A stretch of DNA of 64,000 bases from Candidatus Latescibacterota bacterium (GCA_963662665.2 CAXXJS010000040.1:256001-320000), one strand, 5' to 3'. Shown: positions 40,339-50,999, numbered from the stretch's first letter. Made by a program: numbers and translations. Notes: generated by a model not told the origin, from the letters alone.

Positions 40339-40522
40339 CGGACCCTCCGGATATGGTGTCAACGTTTACAATCAGGAATCAATGGTCTGCCGGCGCCTGC
40401 AATATACGCATTGCCGCCACCGCACGTCAGATGTTACGTGCAACCTGAAATATCCCGCCACACCCCTGCTTTGGCAAACACATTCGTGCCGCCGGGCTTT
40501 CCCGATTCGCAACCTAACGATT

Positions 40523-43054
40523 TCACGCCAGCAGATCGTCGCGCCCCAACTCCGTCGCCGGCGTCCGGCTGGCGCGGACCGCCGGATAGAGACTTGCCAG
40601 CACGGCCGCGCCGAGTATGGCCGCAGCCTGCTGAAGGATGGGTCCCCAGGGCCAGTATACCTGAATGGTCCACCCGAAATACGCCCTGTTGATCTCAAAA
40701 ACCAGGACCCCCGCCAACAGCACGCCACCCAGGAGCCCCAGACCCAACCCCAGCAATCCGAAACCGATGCCCTGGCCCAGAAACACCCGGAAGACCTGAC
40801 TGCGCTTCGCGCCGATTGCGCGGTACAACGCCAACTCGGAAACCTGCTCCCGGACCAGTACAAGCAGCATCAACAATATGCCGCACACGGCAATCAGCAG
40901 ACTCATCCCCTGCAGTATCCGCGTTACCAGAAACGTCTGATCGAAAATCCGGATTACTTCGTCTCTAAGCCGTCGATTGCTGCGTATTTGAAGGGGCGCC
41001 TCCGAAAACCGCGCCTTCAAACCGTCTATGACGGTGTCACCGTCCCAACCTGGCTTCAGAAAGAGTGCAGCGCCGTTGACCGGTCCGGGGCCGAAAGCAG
41101 TCTCCATTGTCTTCAGATCCATCACGACCGCGCCGCCGCCGGTATGGTAGTCATAGTACACGGCAGCCACGGGAAACCGGATCTCGCCTTCCGGCCCGGA
41201 GACGGGGACTTCGTCGCCGGTCCACTTATTGATCGCCCGGGCGAGCGTTTCCCCGACAAACACCGCTCCCTCCTCCCGCACCAGCCGGTACGCCTCATCC
41301 ACGTCCCCATCCAGCAGCGGAAAGCGCGCCTCGCCGCCCGGGAGCGCCATATCCACGCCGGCAACTCCTATCTGGCGGTCGCCGGACCAGGCGGGGAACC
41401 CGCGGAGGCGGTCCAACGCCGCCACGCCCGGATGAACGAACAACGTTTCTATCAGGTCATCCTCCAGAACACCCTCGGCACCCCGCCCCCGCCACGAAGC
41501 CGGCGAAATATACACGTCCGCCCGGATCGACGCATCGATCCACACCTCAAGCGTCCGCCGGAAACTCCCGATCATCAGGGTGATGCCCACCAGCATGCTG
41601 ACCGCGATGGCCAGAGAAGCCACGGCAAAAGACGTGGTGCGAATCCGAACGGCCAGTCCCCTCAGACTGTACCCCGGCCCGAATCCTCTTACCCGCACTC
41701 GCCCGCAAACCTGCCGGATTGTGAATGGCGCGCAAAGCGGCAGTCCGATCAGGAGCGCCACGCATAGCACAAACCCCGCGTGTTTCCATTCCCTACCCCA
41801 CACCAGGTACCAGATTCCAGCCGCTGCAAGAATGCCCACACCCGCTGAAAGGAGCCTCAATGCCAGCGAACCCGTCCGCTCCGGAAGCGGAAACGCCGAA
41901 AGCAGGGCGCGGGTATCCCGGCGGCTCATATCCAGCGCCGGCGCCATAGCGCCCGCCAGGGCGCCGCCCATTCCAATTGCCACGCCCAACCCGTACAGCC
42001 ACCGCGGCAACGCCAGGGTCGAGATCTCCTCCAGCAGGTAGAGATTGGTGAGCGTCGCGCTCACAATCTCCAGGTTCGCTTCGGCGGCCCAGTACCCCAG
42101 CGGCAACCCAAGCAGCACGCCCATCGCGCCCAGAAGCGCCACCTCCCCCAGAATCAACCCGAGGACCTGAGACCGCGTGGCGCCCAGAGAGCGCAATAGC
42201 CCGAATTCCGCTCGCCGCCGTACCAGCCCCGCCTGAGTACTGCTGTAGACCAGGAAGAGCCCCACGAACAGGCTGATGAGACTCATCGCGGTCAGATTCA
42301 GGCGAAATGCCGAAAGCAACCCCTCCGCCTGCCGGGACCGCTGCCCGGGCGTCGCCACGCGCACGCCGGGGCCAAGCCGTGTCTGCAACCGTCTCCTGAC
42401 GCCCTCGGCACTGGCGCCCGGGGCAGTACGTACGTCAATCTGGTGAAGCTCACCGCTCCGCCCCAGCAGCGCCTGCGCCTGCGCGATATCCATTACCACG
42501 AGTTTCCGGCTGGCCAGCGGGCTCAGTTCCTGGAAATCCACCAGCGCCCCAACGCGCAACCGCACGCGTCGAACCCCACTGTGAACTTCGAACGTATCTC
42601 CCACGGCCCAACCGAATTGCCCCGCCAGGGCCGGCGTTACCGCGCTCCATCCATCACCCGCCAGCGCTGCCGGGACGTCGCCGCGGCCGTCCCGCCAGGG
42701 TATCCGCATCGGCGTGAAAAAATCGACCCCCAGCACCTCCAGGAAAAAACGGTCGTGGTCCGTCAGCGCAACGTCCACCCGATAGAGCGGCCAGGCCGCC
42801 GCGACCCCCTCCGAGGCCAGCACGTTGGCGTACAAACGCTCCGAAAACGCCGGCGTTCTTCCCAGCACACTTAAATCAGCCTCCCCGCTCACCGCCCGCA
42901 CGGTTCCCTCGAACGCGGCCAGCGCGTTGTAGTTGACAATCTGAATGGAGAGCACCGACGCAACGCCAAGCGCCACGCCGAATACCGTCAGAAAATACAG
43001 GCTGCCTCCCCCGCGAAGTTGGGCGCCCAGCGAATTTGTGAAGTAGCGGACCAA
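40523..43054 (-). CDS. FtsX-like ABC permease (AttF/G type, two MacB/FtsX units)
   Basis: GVALGVA, AFRLNL, RR.EFGLLRSLGA and INRAYFGWTI motifs. Confidence 0.9.
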   Translation of the reverse strand: MVRYFTNSLGAQLRGGGSLYFLTVFGVALGVASVLSIQIVNYNALAAFEGTVRAVSGEADLSVLGRTPAFSERLYANVLASEGVAAAWPLYRVDVALTDHDRFFLEVLGVDFFTPMRIPWRDGRGDVPAALAGDGWSAVTPALAGQFGWAVGDTFEVHSGVRRVRLRVGALVDFQELSPLASRKLVVMDIAQAQALLGRSGELHQIDVRTAPGASAEGVRRRLQTRLGPGVRVATPGQRSRQAEGLLSAFRLNLTAMSLISLFVGLFLVYSSTQAGLVRRRAEFGLLRSLGATRSQVLGLILGEVALLGAMGVLLGLPLGYWAAEANLEIVSATLTNLYLLEEISTLALPRWLYGLGVAIGMGGALAGAMAPALDMSRRDTRALLSAFPLPERTGSLALRLLSAGVGILAAAGIWYLVWGREWKHAGFVLCVALLIGLPLCAPFTIRQVCGRVRVRGFGPGYSLRGLAVRIRTTSFAVASLAIAVSMLVGITLMIGSFRRTLEVWIDASIRADVYISPASWRGRGAEGVLEDDLIETLFVHPGVAALDRLRGFPAWSGDRQIGVAGVDMALPGGEARFPLLDGDVDEAYRLVREEGAVFVGETLARAINKWTGDEVPVSGPEGEIRFPVAAVYYDYHTGGGAVVMDLKTMETAFGPGPVNGAALFLKPGWDGDTVIDGLKARFSEAPLQIRSNRRLRDEVIRIFDQTFLVTRILQGMSLLIAVCGILLMLLVLVREQVSELALYRAIGAKRSQVFRVFLGQGIGFGLLGLGLGLLGGVLLAGVLVFEINRAYFGWTIQVYWPWGPILQQAAAILGAAVLASLYPAVRASRTPATELGRDDLLA

Positions 43055-43141
43055 GGGACCTGTCCTGATCTCAAAAATAACCGCGGAATACGGCGCCCGC
43101 GGCGCTGGTCACGCGGGGGCGCGAGACAGAGGCGGAAGGCT

Positions 43142-43238
43142 TAACAGCCCGTCGAAAAAGTCCATCCGGGCTGCGTCCGGCCCTTGTGGCCGAATGACTC
43201 GGCCTCGCCTGCAGAGCGACTTTTTCAACGGACTGTTA
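43142..43238. mobile_element. 97-bp MITE/REP-like element
   Basis: Terminal inverted repeats TAACAGCCCGTCGAAAAAGTC / GACTTTTTCAACGGACTGTTA match at 19 of 21 positions. Confidence 0.7.
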
Positions 43239-43902
43239 TCTCTCCGCTGTGCAGTTCCAAGATCTCGTCGGCCAGCGACGCGAATTCCCGGCTGTGGGTC
43301 ACGTATACCAGCGTTGCATCCTCACGCGCCACGAGGTCCATCATTATGTTCATCACCCGCCGCCCGTTCTCGTCGTCGAGATTACCGGTGGGTTCGTCCG
43401 CAAGCAACAAACCGGGACGGCGCAATAGCGCCCGGCAGATGGCCACCCGCTGCTGCTCGCCTCCCGACAGCTTCTGAACCGGGTCCGCGGCGCGATCGGC
43501 CAGTTCCACGCGTTCCAGCAACTCGCGGACCCGCGGCCTGTAAGTCCGCGGCTTCTCTCCGGCGATCATCGCCGGCAGCGCGACGTTATCCGCAACCGGC
43601 AGGTGCGGCATCAGATAGAAAAACTGAAATATCAGTCCGACCTCATCCCGTCTCAGCAACGTTCGCGCTTCTTCCGACAGTGCGCTCACGTCCTGCCGGC
43701 CCACGCGCACCACCCCTTCGGTGGGAACGTCGATGCCCGCTGCCAGGTGCAACAACGTGGACTTGCCGCTACCACTGCGCCCCACGACCGCCACCTTCCG
43801 GCCCGCGTCCACGACAAACGACACGTCGCGCAGCGCATACCGTGCGCCGCTGCCGGCATCGTAAGCTCTGGAAACCCTTTCAAACGAGAGCGCTGGCGCC
43901 AT
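43225..43902 (-). CDS. ABC transporter ATP-binding protein (LolD/AttE type)
   Basis: GRSGSGKS, LSGGEQQR and DEPTGNLD motifs. Confidence 0.95.
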   Translation of the reverse strand: MAPALSFERVSRAYDAGSGARYALRDVSFVVDAGRKVAVVGRSGSGKSTLLHLAAGIDVPTEGVVRVGRQDVSALSEEARTLLRRDEVGLIFQFFYLMPHLPVADNVALPAMIAGEKPRTYRPRVRELLERVELADRAADPVQKLSGGEQQRVAICRALLRRPGLLLADEPTGNLDDENGRRVMNIMMDLVAREDATLVYVTHSREFASLADEILELHSGEITVR

Positions 43903-44068
43903 GTCGATTTCTCCATTCTTCAAGACCGCACGGCCGAACCACGTATAGAATCGCATGGACGGGACCGACGCTCCCGTGCACGAATGGATTGGTGTTGCGA
44001 TCGGGGTCCTTTTCGCGTATCTATTTCAGCACCGATCGCGATGCGTGGCAACTCCAGGAGGCATCCCG

Positions 44069-45127
44069 GTGTTTTCTTTCAGTAAAAAAAAATATACGCT
44101 CACGGGCCTCGCGCGAACCTGCGGCTGAGCGGCCAAAATCAGTCCGGTCGGACTGAAGAAGCTCCTTGACCGCCTGCCTCAAAACGCCGATCCGAACCTG
44201 ATGGTGGGATTTCAGACCGGAGACGACGCCGGGGTCTACCGGATGGACGATGAGACCGCCCTGGTGCTCACCGCGGACTTCATCACGCCGCCGGTGGACG
44301 ATCCCTACGTTTTCGGTCAGATCGGTGCGGCCAACGCCCTCAGCGACGTCTACGCCATGGGCGGACGGCCCATCGCATGCCTGAACCTTATCGGATTTCC
44401 TTCCCGGCGCCTCGGGCCCGAGATCCTGGAAGGCATCGTCGAGGGCGCACTCAGCAAGATCACCGAAGCCGGTGCCGTCCTGGCGGGCGGACACACCACC
44501 GACGACGAGGAGCCCAAATTCGGGCTATCCGTAACCGGCGTCGTGCACCCCCAAAAATACTGGCACAACGCCGGCGCCCGTCCGGGCGATACACTCATTC
44601 TGACCAAACCCGTGGGCAGCGGGGTGCTGTTTAATGCAAACCTCAAGGGATGGGTCTCGGACGCTGCGATGCAGGAATGCCTGAGCACCACCGCCGCCCT
44701 CAACAAGACCGCGGCAGGTGTTCTGGCCGGGTTCGACGTCCACGCGGCTACCGACGTCACCGGCTTCGGTCTGGCAGGCCACGCCCTGGAAATCGCCGTT
44801 GCTTCCCGCCTCACGCTGGAGATTTCGGCCACCGACGTGCCAATAATGTCTGAGGCCATTGACATGTACGAAAGAGGCATGAGCACCGGCTCCAATGACG
44901 CCAACCGGGAACTTATCCGGGACGCAGCCCGTTTCGACGCAGCCCTTCCTGAACGATACGAGGAAATATTCGTCGACCCCCAGACCAGCGGAGGTCTCCT
45001 GGTTTCGGTACCGGCCGATCAGGGACGGCGGCTCCTGACCGCCCTGCACGACGCCGGCGAGAGCCGGGCGCGCATCATCGGGTCCGTAAGGCCGGCGGAT
45101 GACGACGCGCGGATCGTCTTCGTATAA
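44069..45127 (+). CDS. selD: Selenide, water dikinase containing selenocysteine
   Basis: AGGAGG RBS and GTG start. In-frame TGA at 44126-44128 within CG-U-AAK. DDAGVY, DFITP, NALSDVYAMGG, GGHT, TDVTGFGL and DPQTSGGLL motifs. Confidence 0.95.
44139..44156 (+). promoter_or_regulatory. Bacterial SECIS hairpin
   Basis: TCAGTCC-GGTC-GGACTGA; the G-starting loop is 17 nt after the UGA. Confidence 0.75.
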
Positions 45128-45189
45128 ACGATGCGTCCCAACGCCATATGGCTGGCAGGCGCAAACCGCCGGCCCCAACGGCCCGGCGT

Positions 45190-46209
45190 CTACCGGCCGA
45201 TGGCGCTCTCGGCCACCCGAAGCCCGGAACCCAGCGCCAGCACCATCTGCCCCACCTTGCCTACCGCCTGCTTCACCCCCCAGGTGGGCCGTGGCTGTCC
45301 GATCGGCGACAATTTAACGAGCACCCGATTTGGCGGGCGCTTGAGAACCAGAACGCCGAAGTGCTGGGAGAATGCGCCCTCCTTCACCATCGTCTCCACC
45401 AGACAGTCCCCATTGCGGTCGGTATAGACGGCAACCAGCTTGATCACCACGGTCACCCCGCGGTGATCCGTCCGCCACGAACCGGGCTCGAAACCCGCCG
45501 GCAATCGGGTACGGTCGTACTTTCCTTCCAACAGCATATTCGGCATCGGTCCGACCTTTTCAACGGGTTTCGGGAGGGAGGCGCGGGTATCCCTCCGCCA
45601 GACGAAATAACGAACGGGCACGCCGGCATCCAGGGCTTTCCGCTCGTACTTGGTGGGCTTCCGCCCGGGCAACCCCGGCACCGACGCCGACGGGAAGCCG
45701 GACCGCAGTAACGGCTGCGCTTCCAGCACCTCGGAAATCCACGAGGCATAACCCCCGTGATCCGTCGCAACGGTCACGGTGCCGTCCGGCTTCAGTCGCT
45801 CCGCCAGCGCCCCAATGAAGTCCGATTGGATCAGCCGTCTGCCGTGATGCCGTTCCTTGGGCCAGGGATCGGGAAAGTTGATATAAATCTGTGCGACGCT
45901 ATCCACGGAAAAGAGGCGCTCGAACACAACATCCGCCCCGCCGTGAACAACCCGCACGTTTGTGGGGCCGCCCCGGTCCAACCGCCTGAATAACCTCTGG
46001 ACGGACACCCAGGATCGTTCGACGCCGACGAAATTCATATCAGGACTCGCCCGGGCCCGATCTACCAGAAACTCGCCGGTGCCGAAGCCTATTTCCACGA
46101 CCAGCGGCCCGGAACGGCCGAAGATCGCCGCCCAGTCCGGCGGCCAGTTCGCCGTAATCCAGGGGACCATGTGGTTCCGGATGGCTTCGCTAAGCGGCAT
46201 GGCTGCCAT
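45190..46209 (-). CDS. trmB: tRNA (guanine-N7)-methyltransferase with C-terminal extension
   Basis: VEIGFGTG, NFPDPWPKERH..RR, ATD and TKYERK motifs. Confidence 0.92.
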   Translation of the reverse strand: MAAMPLSEAIRNHMVPWITANWPPDWAAIFGRSGPLVVEIGFGTGEFLVDRARASPDMNFVGVERSWVSVQRLFRRLDRGGPTNVRVVHGGADVVFERLFSVDSVAQIYINFPDPWPKERHHGRRLIQSDFIGALAERLKPDGTVTVATDHGGYASWISEVLEAQPLLRSGFPSASVPGLPGRKPTKYERKALDAGVPVRYFVWRRDTRASLPKPVEKVGPMPNMLLEGKYDRTRLPAGFEPGSWRTDHRGVTVVIKLVAVYTDRNGDCLVETMVKEGAFSQHFGVLVLKRPPNRVLVKLSPIGQPRPTWGVKQAVGKVGQMVLALGSGLRVAESAIGR

Positions 46210-46596
46210 AACACCGCTCCACACGGGGAATCAGATCCGGTGTAGAATACATACACGGGACGGACGGTCACCCGTTCTCTCTGGAATCGCGCAAAGGGCC
46301 GCGGGGCTTCATCGGCCGGTGGGCGGACGCGCCGCCCCGTTGAATTTAGTGGATAAGGGAACCCGAATCAAGCGGCGCGTCTCACCGCGCCCGACGCCGT
46401 GAAATACCGTTGACATCGTAGTTAACGGGCCGCATGTTTGGTCCCGTCTGCGGAGGCGGAATTGAAGATGAACCAAGTCTCCGCTTCAAGAAACCAGGCA
46501 GTTTCAATAGACAGTGAACGCCGCGGGAGGACAGACAACGGACCGTTCACGTCCGGGGTATTCGAAGGACAACGGTCTTCGAGAGGAGGTATTACA

Positions 46597-47238
46597 ATGA
46601 ACGTGTTGATCCTGTCGGGAGAGAATCACGGATTTGATCAGTGCACAGGGATGATCAGGGGGTTTCTGGATGCACAATCCGATCTGTCAGTGGAACTCAG
46701 CGAGAACATGGACTTGCTGGCGCGCGGGATGGACCGTTACGACGTTTGCGTGTTCGGAACGGGATTTACACGTACCGTAAGGCGAAAGGACGGTTCGATT
46801 GCCCGTGAACCGGACCTGACCCCCGCGCAGGAGGATGGCCTCTTCGGGTTCGTGGCGAGCGGGAACGGTCTGGTGGGGATTCATGGAACGGGATGGTGGA
46901 TCGGCGGTCGGGCGGCGGACCTCCTGGGCGGGCATGCCAACTGGCACCCGCCGGGATTGACGTTTACCGTAAACGTGGAAGATCAGGACCACCCGGTAAT
47001 GGAGGGCATCCAGGACTTTGAGGTGGACGACGAGATCTATATCTCGGCGTATGAACCTCAATTGAGAATTCTGGCGTCCGCGCAATGGCTCGGCGGAACC
47101 TTTCCGATTGCGTGGGTGAAAGCTTACGGATCGGGTCGGGTATTCTACACTGCGCTCGGCCACGGGCCGGGGACGTTTGCGCGGCCGCCGGTTCAGGCGA
47201 TGCTCTGCCAGGGCGTACGGTGGGCCGCGGGTGGTTAG
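46597..47238 (+). CDS. ThuA-like domain protein
   Basis: G.GLVGIH, HPP, DEIY and G.GRVFYTALGH motifs; GGAGGT RBS. Confidence 0.85.
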   Translation: MNVLILSGENHGFDQCTGMIRGFLDAQSDLSVELSENMDLLARGMDRYDVCVFGTGFTRTVRRKDGSIAREPDLTPAQEDGLFGFVASGNGLVGIHGTGWWIGGRAADLLGGHANWHPPGLTFTVNVEDQDHPVMEGIQDFEVDDEIYISAYEPQLRILASAQWLGGTFPIAWVKAYGSGRVFYTALGHGPGTFARPPVQAMLCQGVRWAAGG

Positions 47239-47364
47239 CCGGGGGCCGAGAAATCCACCGGGACGCGGACAGCCCGCTCGACGTTGTGTGGATCCGACCA
47301 CGATTGCGTCCCGTCTCCAAAGGCTGGTTCGACAACACGGCAAATCGAACGAAGGAGGGATGAG

Positions 47365-48150
47365 ATGCTGGACTTGGATCTATCCGGGCGGGTGGCGCTC
47401 GTAACAGGCGGCAGCGAGGGCATTGGCAAAGGGATCGCACGGAAGTTGGCTGACGAGGGATGCAGGGTTGCAATATGTGGGCGCCGGCAGGACGTTCTGA
47501 CTCGCGCCGCGGAGGCCATCAGGTCGGAATCCGGCGCCGAGGTACTCCCGGTGGCGGCGGACGTCACGATTGCCGCGGACGTGGAACGGTTCGTAAACGA
47601 GGCGGCGTCCGGATTCGGCGGTATCGATATCCTGGTCAACAACGCGGGCCGTTCCGAAGCCCATCACTTCGAGGATGCGACCGAACCCGTGTGGCAGGAG
47701 GATTTCAATCTGAAGTTCTGGGCGGCGGTCCGCGGTTCAAGGCTGGCGATTCCGCACATGAAGACGCGTGGCGGGGGCAGCATCGTGAATATCACGCATC
47801 CGGGAGGCAAGGCGCCCGGGCCGGGTTCGGTCCCCACGTCGGTGAGCCGCGCCGCGGGAATCGCATTGAGCAAAGCGATGTCAAAAGACCTGGCGCAACA
47901 CCGGATTCGGGTGAATACGGTCTGCCTGACAAATATCCGGTCCGCGCAGGCAAAACGGGCCTGGACGGCCTCCGGCAGCGACATGGATTTCGATGCCTGG
48001 TGTGAAGAACTGGGAAAGGACGTGCCGCTGGGGAGGATGGGCGAACCCGGAGAGGTGGCCGATCTGGTCGCGTTTCTGGTGTCCGAGCGGGGTGCCTTCA
48101 TTACAGGCGCGGCAATTAACTTCGACGGCGGATCCGGGGAAACGGTTTAG
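47365..48150 (+). CDS. SDR family oxidoreductase
   Basis: VTGGSEGIG, LVNNAG and PLGRMGEP.EVA motifs. Confidence 0.92.
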   Translation: MLDLDLSGRVALVTGGSEGIGKGIARKLADEGCRVAICGRRQDVLTRAAEAIRSESGAEVLPVAADVTIAADVERFVNEAASGFGGIDILVNNAGRSEAHHFEDATEPVWQEDFNLKFWAAVRGSRLAIPHMKTRGGGSIVNITHPGGKAPGPGSVPTSVSRAAGIALSKAMSKDLAQHRIRVNTVCLTNIRSAQAKRAWTASGSDMDFDAWCEELGKDVPLGRMGEPGEVADLVAFLVSERGAFITGAAINFDGGSGETV

Positions 48151-48156
48151 CGAGGT

Positions 48157-48930
48157 TTAAACTGCCAGCTGATGAGCCCGCGTGAAGCAGCGGCGGCGGA
48201 CGACGTGTACGACAACGACGGAGCCGATGGCCGTGGCGGCAACAATCATCAGCATTACGATTATCTGATACTTGATGGCGGTCATCGGATCCGAGCCGGC
48301 AAGGATCTGACCTGTCATCATCCCGGGAAGCGACACGAGGCCAACGGTCATGAGGGCGTTGATAGAGGGAATCATGCCGGCTTTCACCACGTCGCGCAGA
48401 ATGGTGGCGGTGGCTTCCTGGTAGGTGGCGCCCAGACAAAGCGCGAGTTCAATCTGGGCCCGCTGTTTACGCAGGTCGGAGAAGAGACGTTCCAGTGCGA
48501 TCGTGACGGCGTTCATGGAATTACCAATGATCATCCCGCCAAGGGGGATGAAGTACTGTGGCGTGTACCAGGGTTTGACCTGAACGATTACCCCTGTTAC
48601 CAGGACGGACACGGTGGTATAGCTTGCGACCATGGAAATAAAGGTGGGCACAAAGTAGGCCACCTCCTTTTCCTTTACCCGGCCGCGAATGGCGTGGGCG
48701 GCCCAAAAGACCATCCAGACGAAGAGGATGAGAATCAGGTACGGGTTGTTGATCTGGAAGATGTACTTGAGAACGTAGCCGACGAGGAAGAGTTGGGCGA
48801 ACGTACGCACCGTGCCCCATGCGAGGTCCCGTTCCAGGTTGAGCCGGAAGATAACCGAGCCGGCGCCCGCAATGAGGACGAAGACGAGACACAGCAGCAG
48901 TTGCAGCGGAGAGAACTCGATCAGGTTCAA
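48157..48930 (-). CDS. fetB: FetB/UPF0014 ABC permease
   Basis: QL..VGYVL, IPLGGMIIGN, VGLVSLPGMMTGQILAG and YQI motifs. Confidence 0.85.
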   Translation of the reverse strand: MNLIEFSPLQLLLCLVFVLIAGAGSVIFRLNLERDLAWGTVRTFAQLFLVGYVLKYIFQINNPYLILILFVWMVFWAAHAIRGRVKEKEVAYFVPTFISMVASYTTVSVLVTGVIVQVKPWYTPQYFIPLGGMIIGNSMNAVTIALERLFSDLRKQRAQIELALCLGATYQEATATILRDVVKAGMIPSINALMTVGLVSLPGMMTGQILAGSDPMTAIKYQIIVMLMIVAATAIGSVVVVHVVRRRCFTRAHQLAV

Positions 48931-49589
48931 GCGGAGACCTCCTGAAGATCGCCGTCGAGCCGGTAGCGCCGGACGCCGGCCCGATCGGGCGTGAAATCCA
49001 TATGCGTGACCTGGACAACGCCTATGTTCTGTTCCAGCGCGAGTCGTTCCAGCCAGGTTTCGACCACGGATTTGGAGTCGGGGTCGAGGGCGGAAGTGGG
49101 TTCGTCGCAGAGGAGGAAGCTGGGCTCGGACAGAAGCGAACGGATCAGGGCGATCCGCTGTTTCTGGCCCACGGAAAGGGTTTCCGCGTCGTCGTCGAGA
49201 TCCACGTCCTGAAGCAGGAAATCGTCCAAAAGGGCTCGGAGCCGGCCTTCGTCGGGCAGCTGCCCGTCCCCTGCGGCTTTGAACGTGAAGGACAGCGTCA
49301 GGTTGTTGCGTACGGCGCCGGCGGCCATTGCTGGTGTTTGCTGGACGTAACCGACCTTTCGCCGCAGTTCCGGGACGTGGTGGCCCGTCACGGGTTTGCC
49401 GTCCAGCAGGATGTCGCCCGAGGAGGGTTCCTGCAGCCGGTTGGGCAGCCTGAGGAGGCTGGATTTGCCGCTTCCCGAAGGTCCGTGAATAAGAATGTAA
49501 TCGCCGCTTTCAACTGTGAGATTCACCCGTTGAAACAGCGGTTTTTTTTTGCCGTATCGAAGTGATAGGTTCCTGATCTCGAGGCGCAT
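48927..49589 (-). CDS. FetA-like ABC ATP-binding protein
   Basis: GPSGSGKS, LSVGQKQR and DEPTSALD motifs; coupled to fetB. Confidence 0.85.
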   Translation of the reverse strand: MRLEIRNLSLRYGKKKPLFQRVNLTVESGDYILIHGPSGSGKSSLLRLPNRLQEPSSGDILLDGKPVTGHHVPELRRKVGYVQQTPAMAAGAVRNNLTLSFTFKAAGDGQLPDEGRLRALLDDFLLQDVDLDDDAETLSVGQKQRIALIRSLLSEPSFLLCDEPTSALDPDSKSVVETWLERLALEQNIGVVQVTHMDFTPDRAGVRRYRLDGDLQEVSA

Positions 49590-49613
49590 GGCTGTCCGGA
49601 TTTCGGAGGATGG

Positions 49614-50999
49614 TTACGCATTTTCGAATATTTCGAGCACGTCGATGATACTCAGGCCGGTGTGGTATCCCGGATCCGCGTCCGCGGTGGCGGGAATGAC
49701 CGGCGCGACCCGACCGGATTCGTCGCGTGTCTGATACGCCATCAGATGCAGGTCCGGTCGGACGAAGTGCCGCGTGAACGCGTTGTGGCAGGCGCAAAAG
49801 ATGCCCAGCGCGTTCTCCCGCTGTACGTTGGATCGGGCGATGGAATAACAATACGCGGCGGCCCGCAGCGTCTCGGGCAGGTTCCACCACGGCATGTCGG
49901 TATTGGCGGGTGTGCGGGAGACCAGATCGAAAACCTTGCAGATACCGCCGGCACGTGGCTGGAAACCCCCGGCAAATGTATGTTCCAGCAGTGCGGACAT
50001 ATGGGCTTCAACGCCGGCGATTTCCTTCAGTTGTCGGGGACCCGCCAGGGCGTTAACCCTTACGGCCGAGGTGTATTTCAGCGTCAGGCCGATGAATTCG
50101 AGGACGTGGCCCGGATCGGAAAGGATCTTTCCGTTCTCCTCGAAAGGCCGTCCGTCGTCGTCCACTGCTTCCCAGAAGTCGTACTCCCGGAGCCCGGGAG
50201 CCCGCCCGTTCAGATTGACGTACGTCCGAAATTCGTGCCGAATGAGGCGCATCCCCATCTCCACGCTTTCGGGAATGCCGTGTTCGGCCAGCAGGGCCGC
50301 GGCGCCAATCTGAATCATGAATGCGCCGTGGGGGTGGCGGCCCGGTCGGGGCGCGGTGGGATTCCTGGGATCCAGAGAGATCTGATCGGTGATGAAACGG
50401 CCCCGATGAATCGAATCGTCCACGCGACGGCAGTATTCCATCGCTTCGGTTTCTGCATCCTGCAGCTCAAGGTATCGTGCTGCGGCGACCATACCCTTGG
50501 CGGCAAACAGATCGCTGAATCCGTAGCTCGATTCCTTCGTGAGCTTCAACGGCCTGGTCTCGCCATGCTCGTCCAGTGTAAACGGATTTCCCTGCGGGGA
50601 CATGAAAAAGGAAAGACGACCGGCGTTTCTGGCCCGGATTTCACCCAGCTTCGCCAGCACGTCGGCCGCGATGCGTTCCAGGCGACAACGCAGTTCCAGT
50701 GCCAGGTCGTGGCGGCGCATCCAGAGACAATGCCCCGCAAGGGACTCCAGACCGCGCCCCTGGATCCAGCCATAGACCGCGTTCCGACCCTTCAGCGGAT
50801 CGTTGTCGCCGAAGTCCTCTCCCGTGATGAGGTCAAGTTTGGTGTCGATGAAGGGATAGTCGGGCGTGCGTTCGTACCGGTCCGCGATGACGGCCATCAC
50901 CGCGAGCAACATGGCGCGGTAGTCGGAAAGAACGGACCGGACGTCGTCGGGGACAGGACGTTCGGGCAGGAGAATTCCCCGGTACAAGACTTCTGGCAT
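49614..50999 (-). CDS. AGE (N-acylglucosamine 2-epimerase)-like alpha/alpha-barrel protein
   Basis: W.QGR, HG..MI, PGH..E, WW...E and D..YH motifs. Confidence 0.6.
   Translation of the reverse strand: MPEVLYRGILLPERPVPDDVRSVLSDYRAMLLAVMAVIADRYERTPDYPFIDTKLDLITGEDFGDNDPLKGRNAVYGWIQGRGLESLAGHCLWMRRHDLALELRCRLERIAADVLAKLGEIRARNAGRLSFFMSPQGNPFTLDEHGETRPLKLTKESSYGFSDLFAAKGMVAAARYLELQDAETEAMEYCRRVDDSIHRGRFITDQISLDPRNPTAPRPGRHPHGAFMIQIGAAALLAEHGIPESVEMGMRLIRHEFRTYVNLNGRAPGLREYDFWEAVDDDGRPFEENGKILSDPGHVLEFIGLTLKYTSAVRVNALAGPRQLKEIAGVEAHMSALLEHTFAGGFQPRAGGICKVFDLVSRTPANTDMPWWNLPETLRAAAYCYSIARSNVQRENALGIFCACHNAFTRHFVRPDLHLMAYQTRDESGRVAPVIPATADADPGYHTGLSIIDVLEIFENA

Noticed and set aside
40382-41767. 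Long antisense ORFs (also 24868-26247, 49662-51080, 61056-62198)
   Set aside because: They are shadow frames of well-supported GC-rich genes on the other strand.
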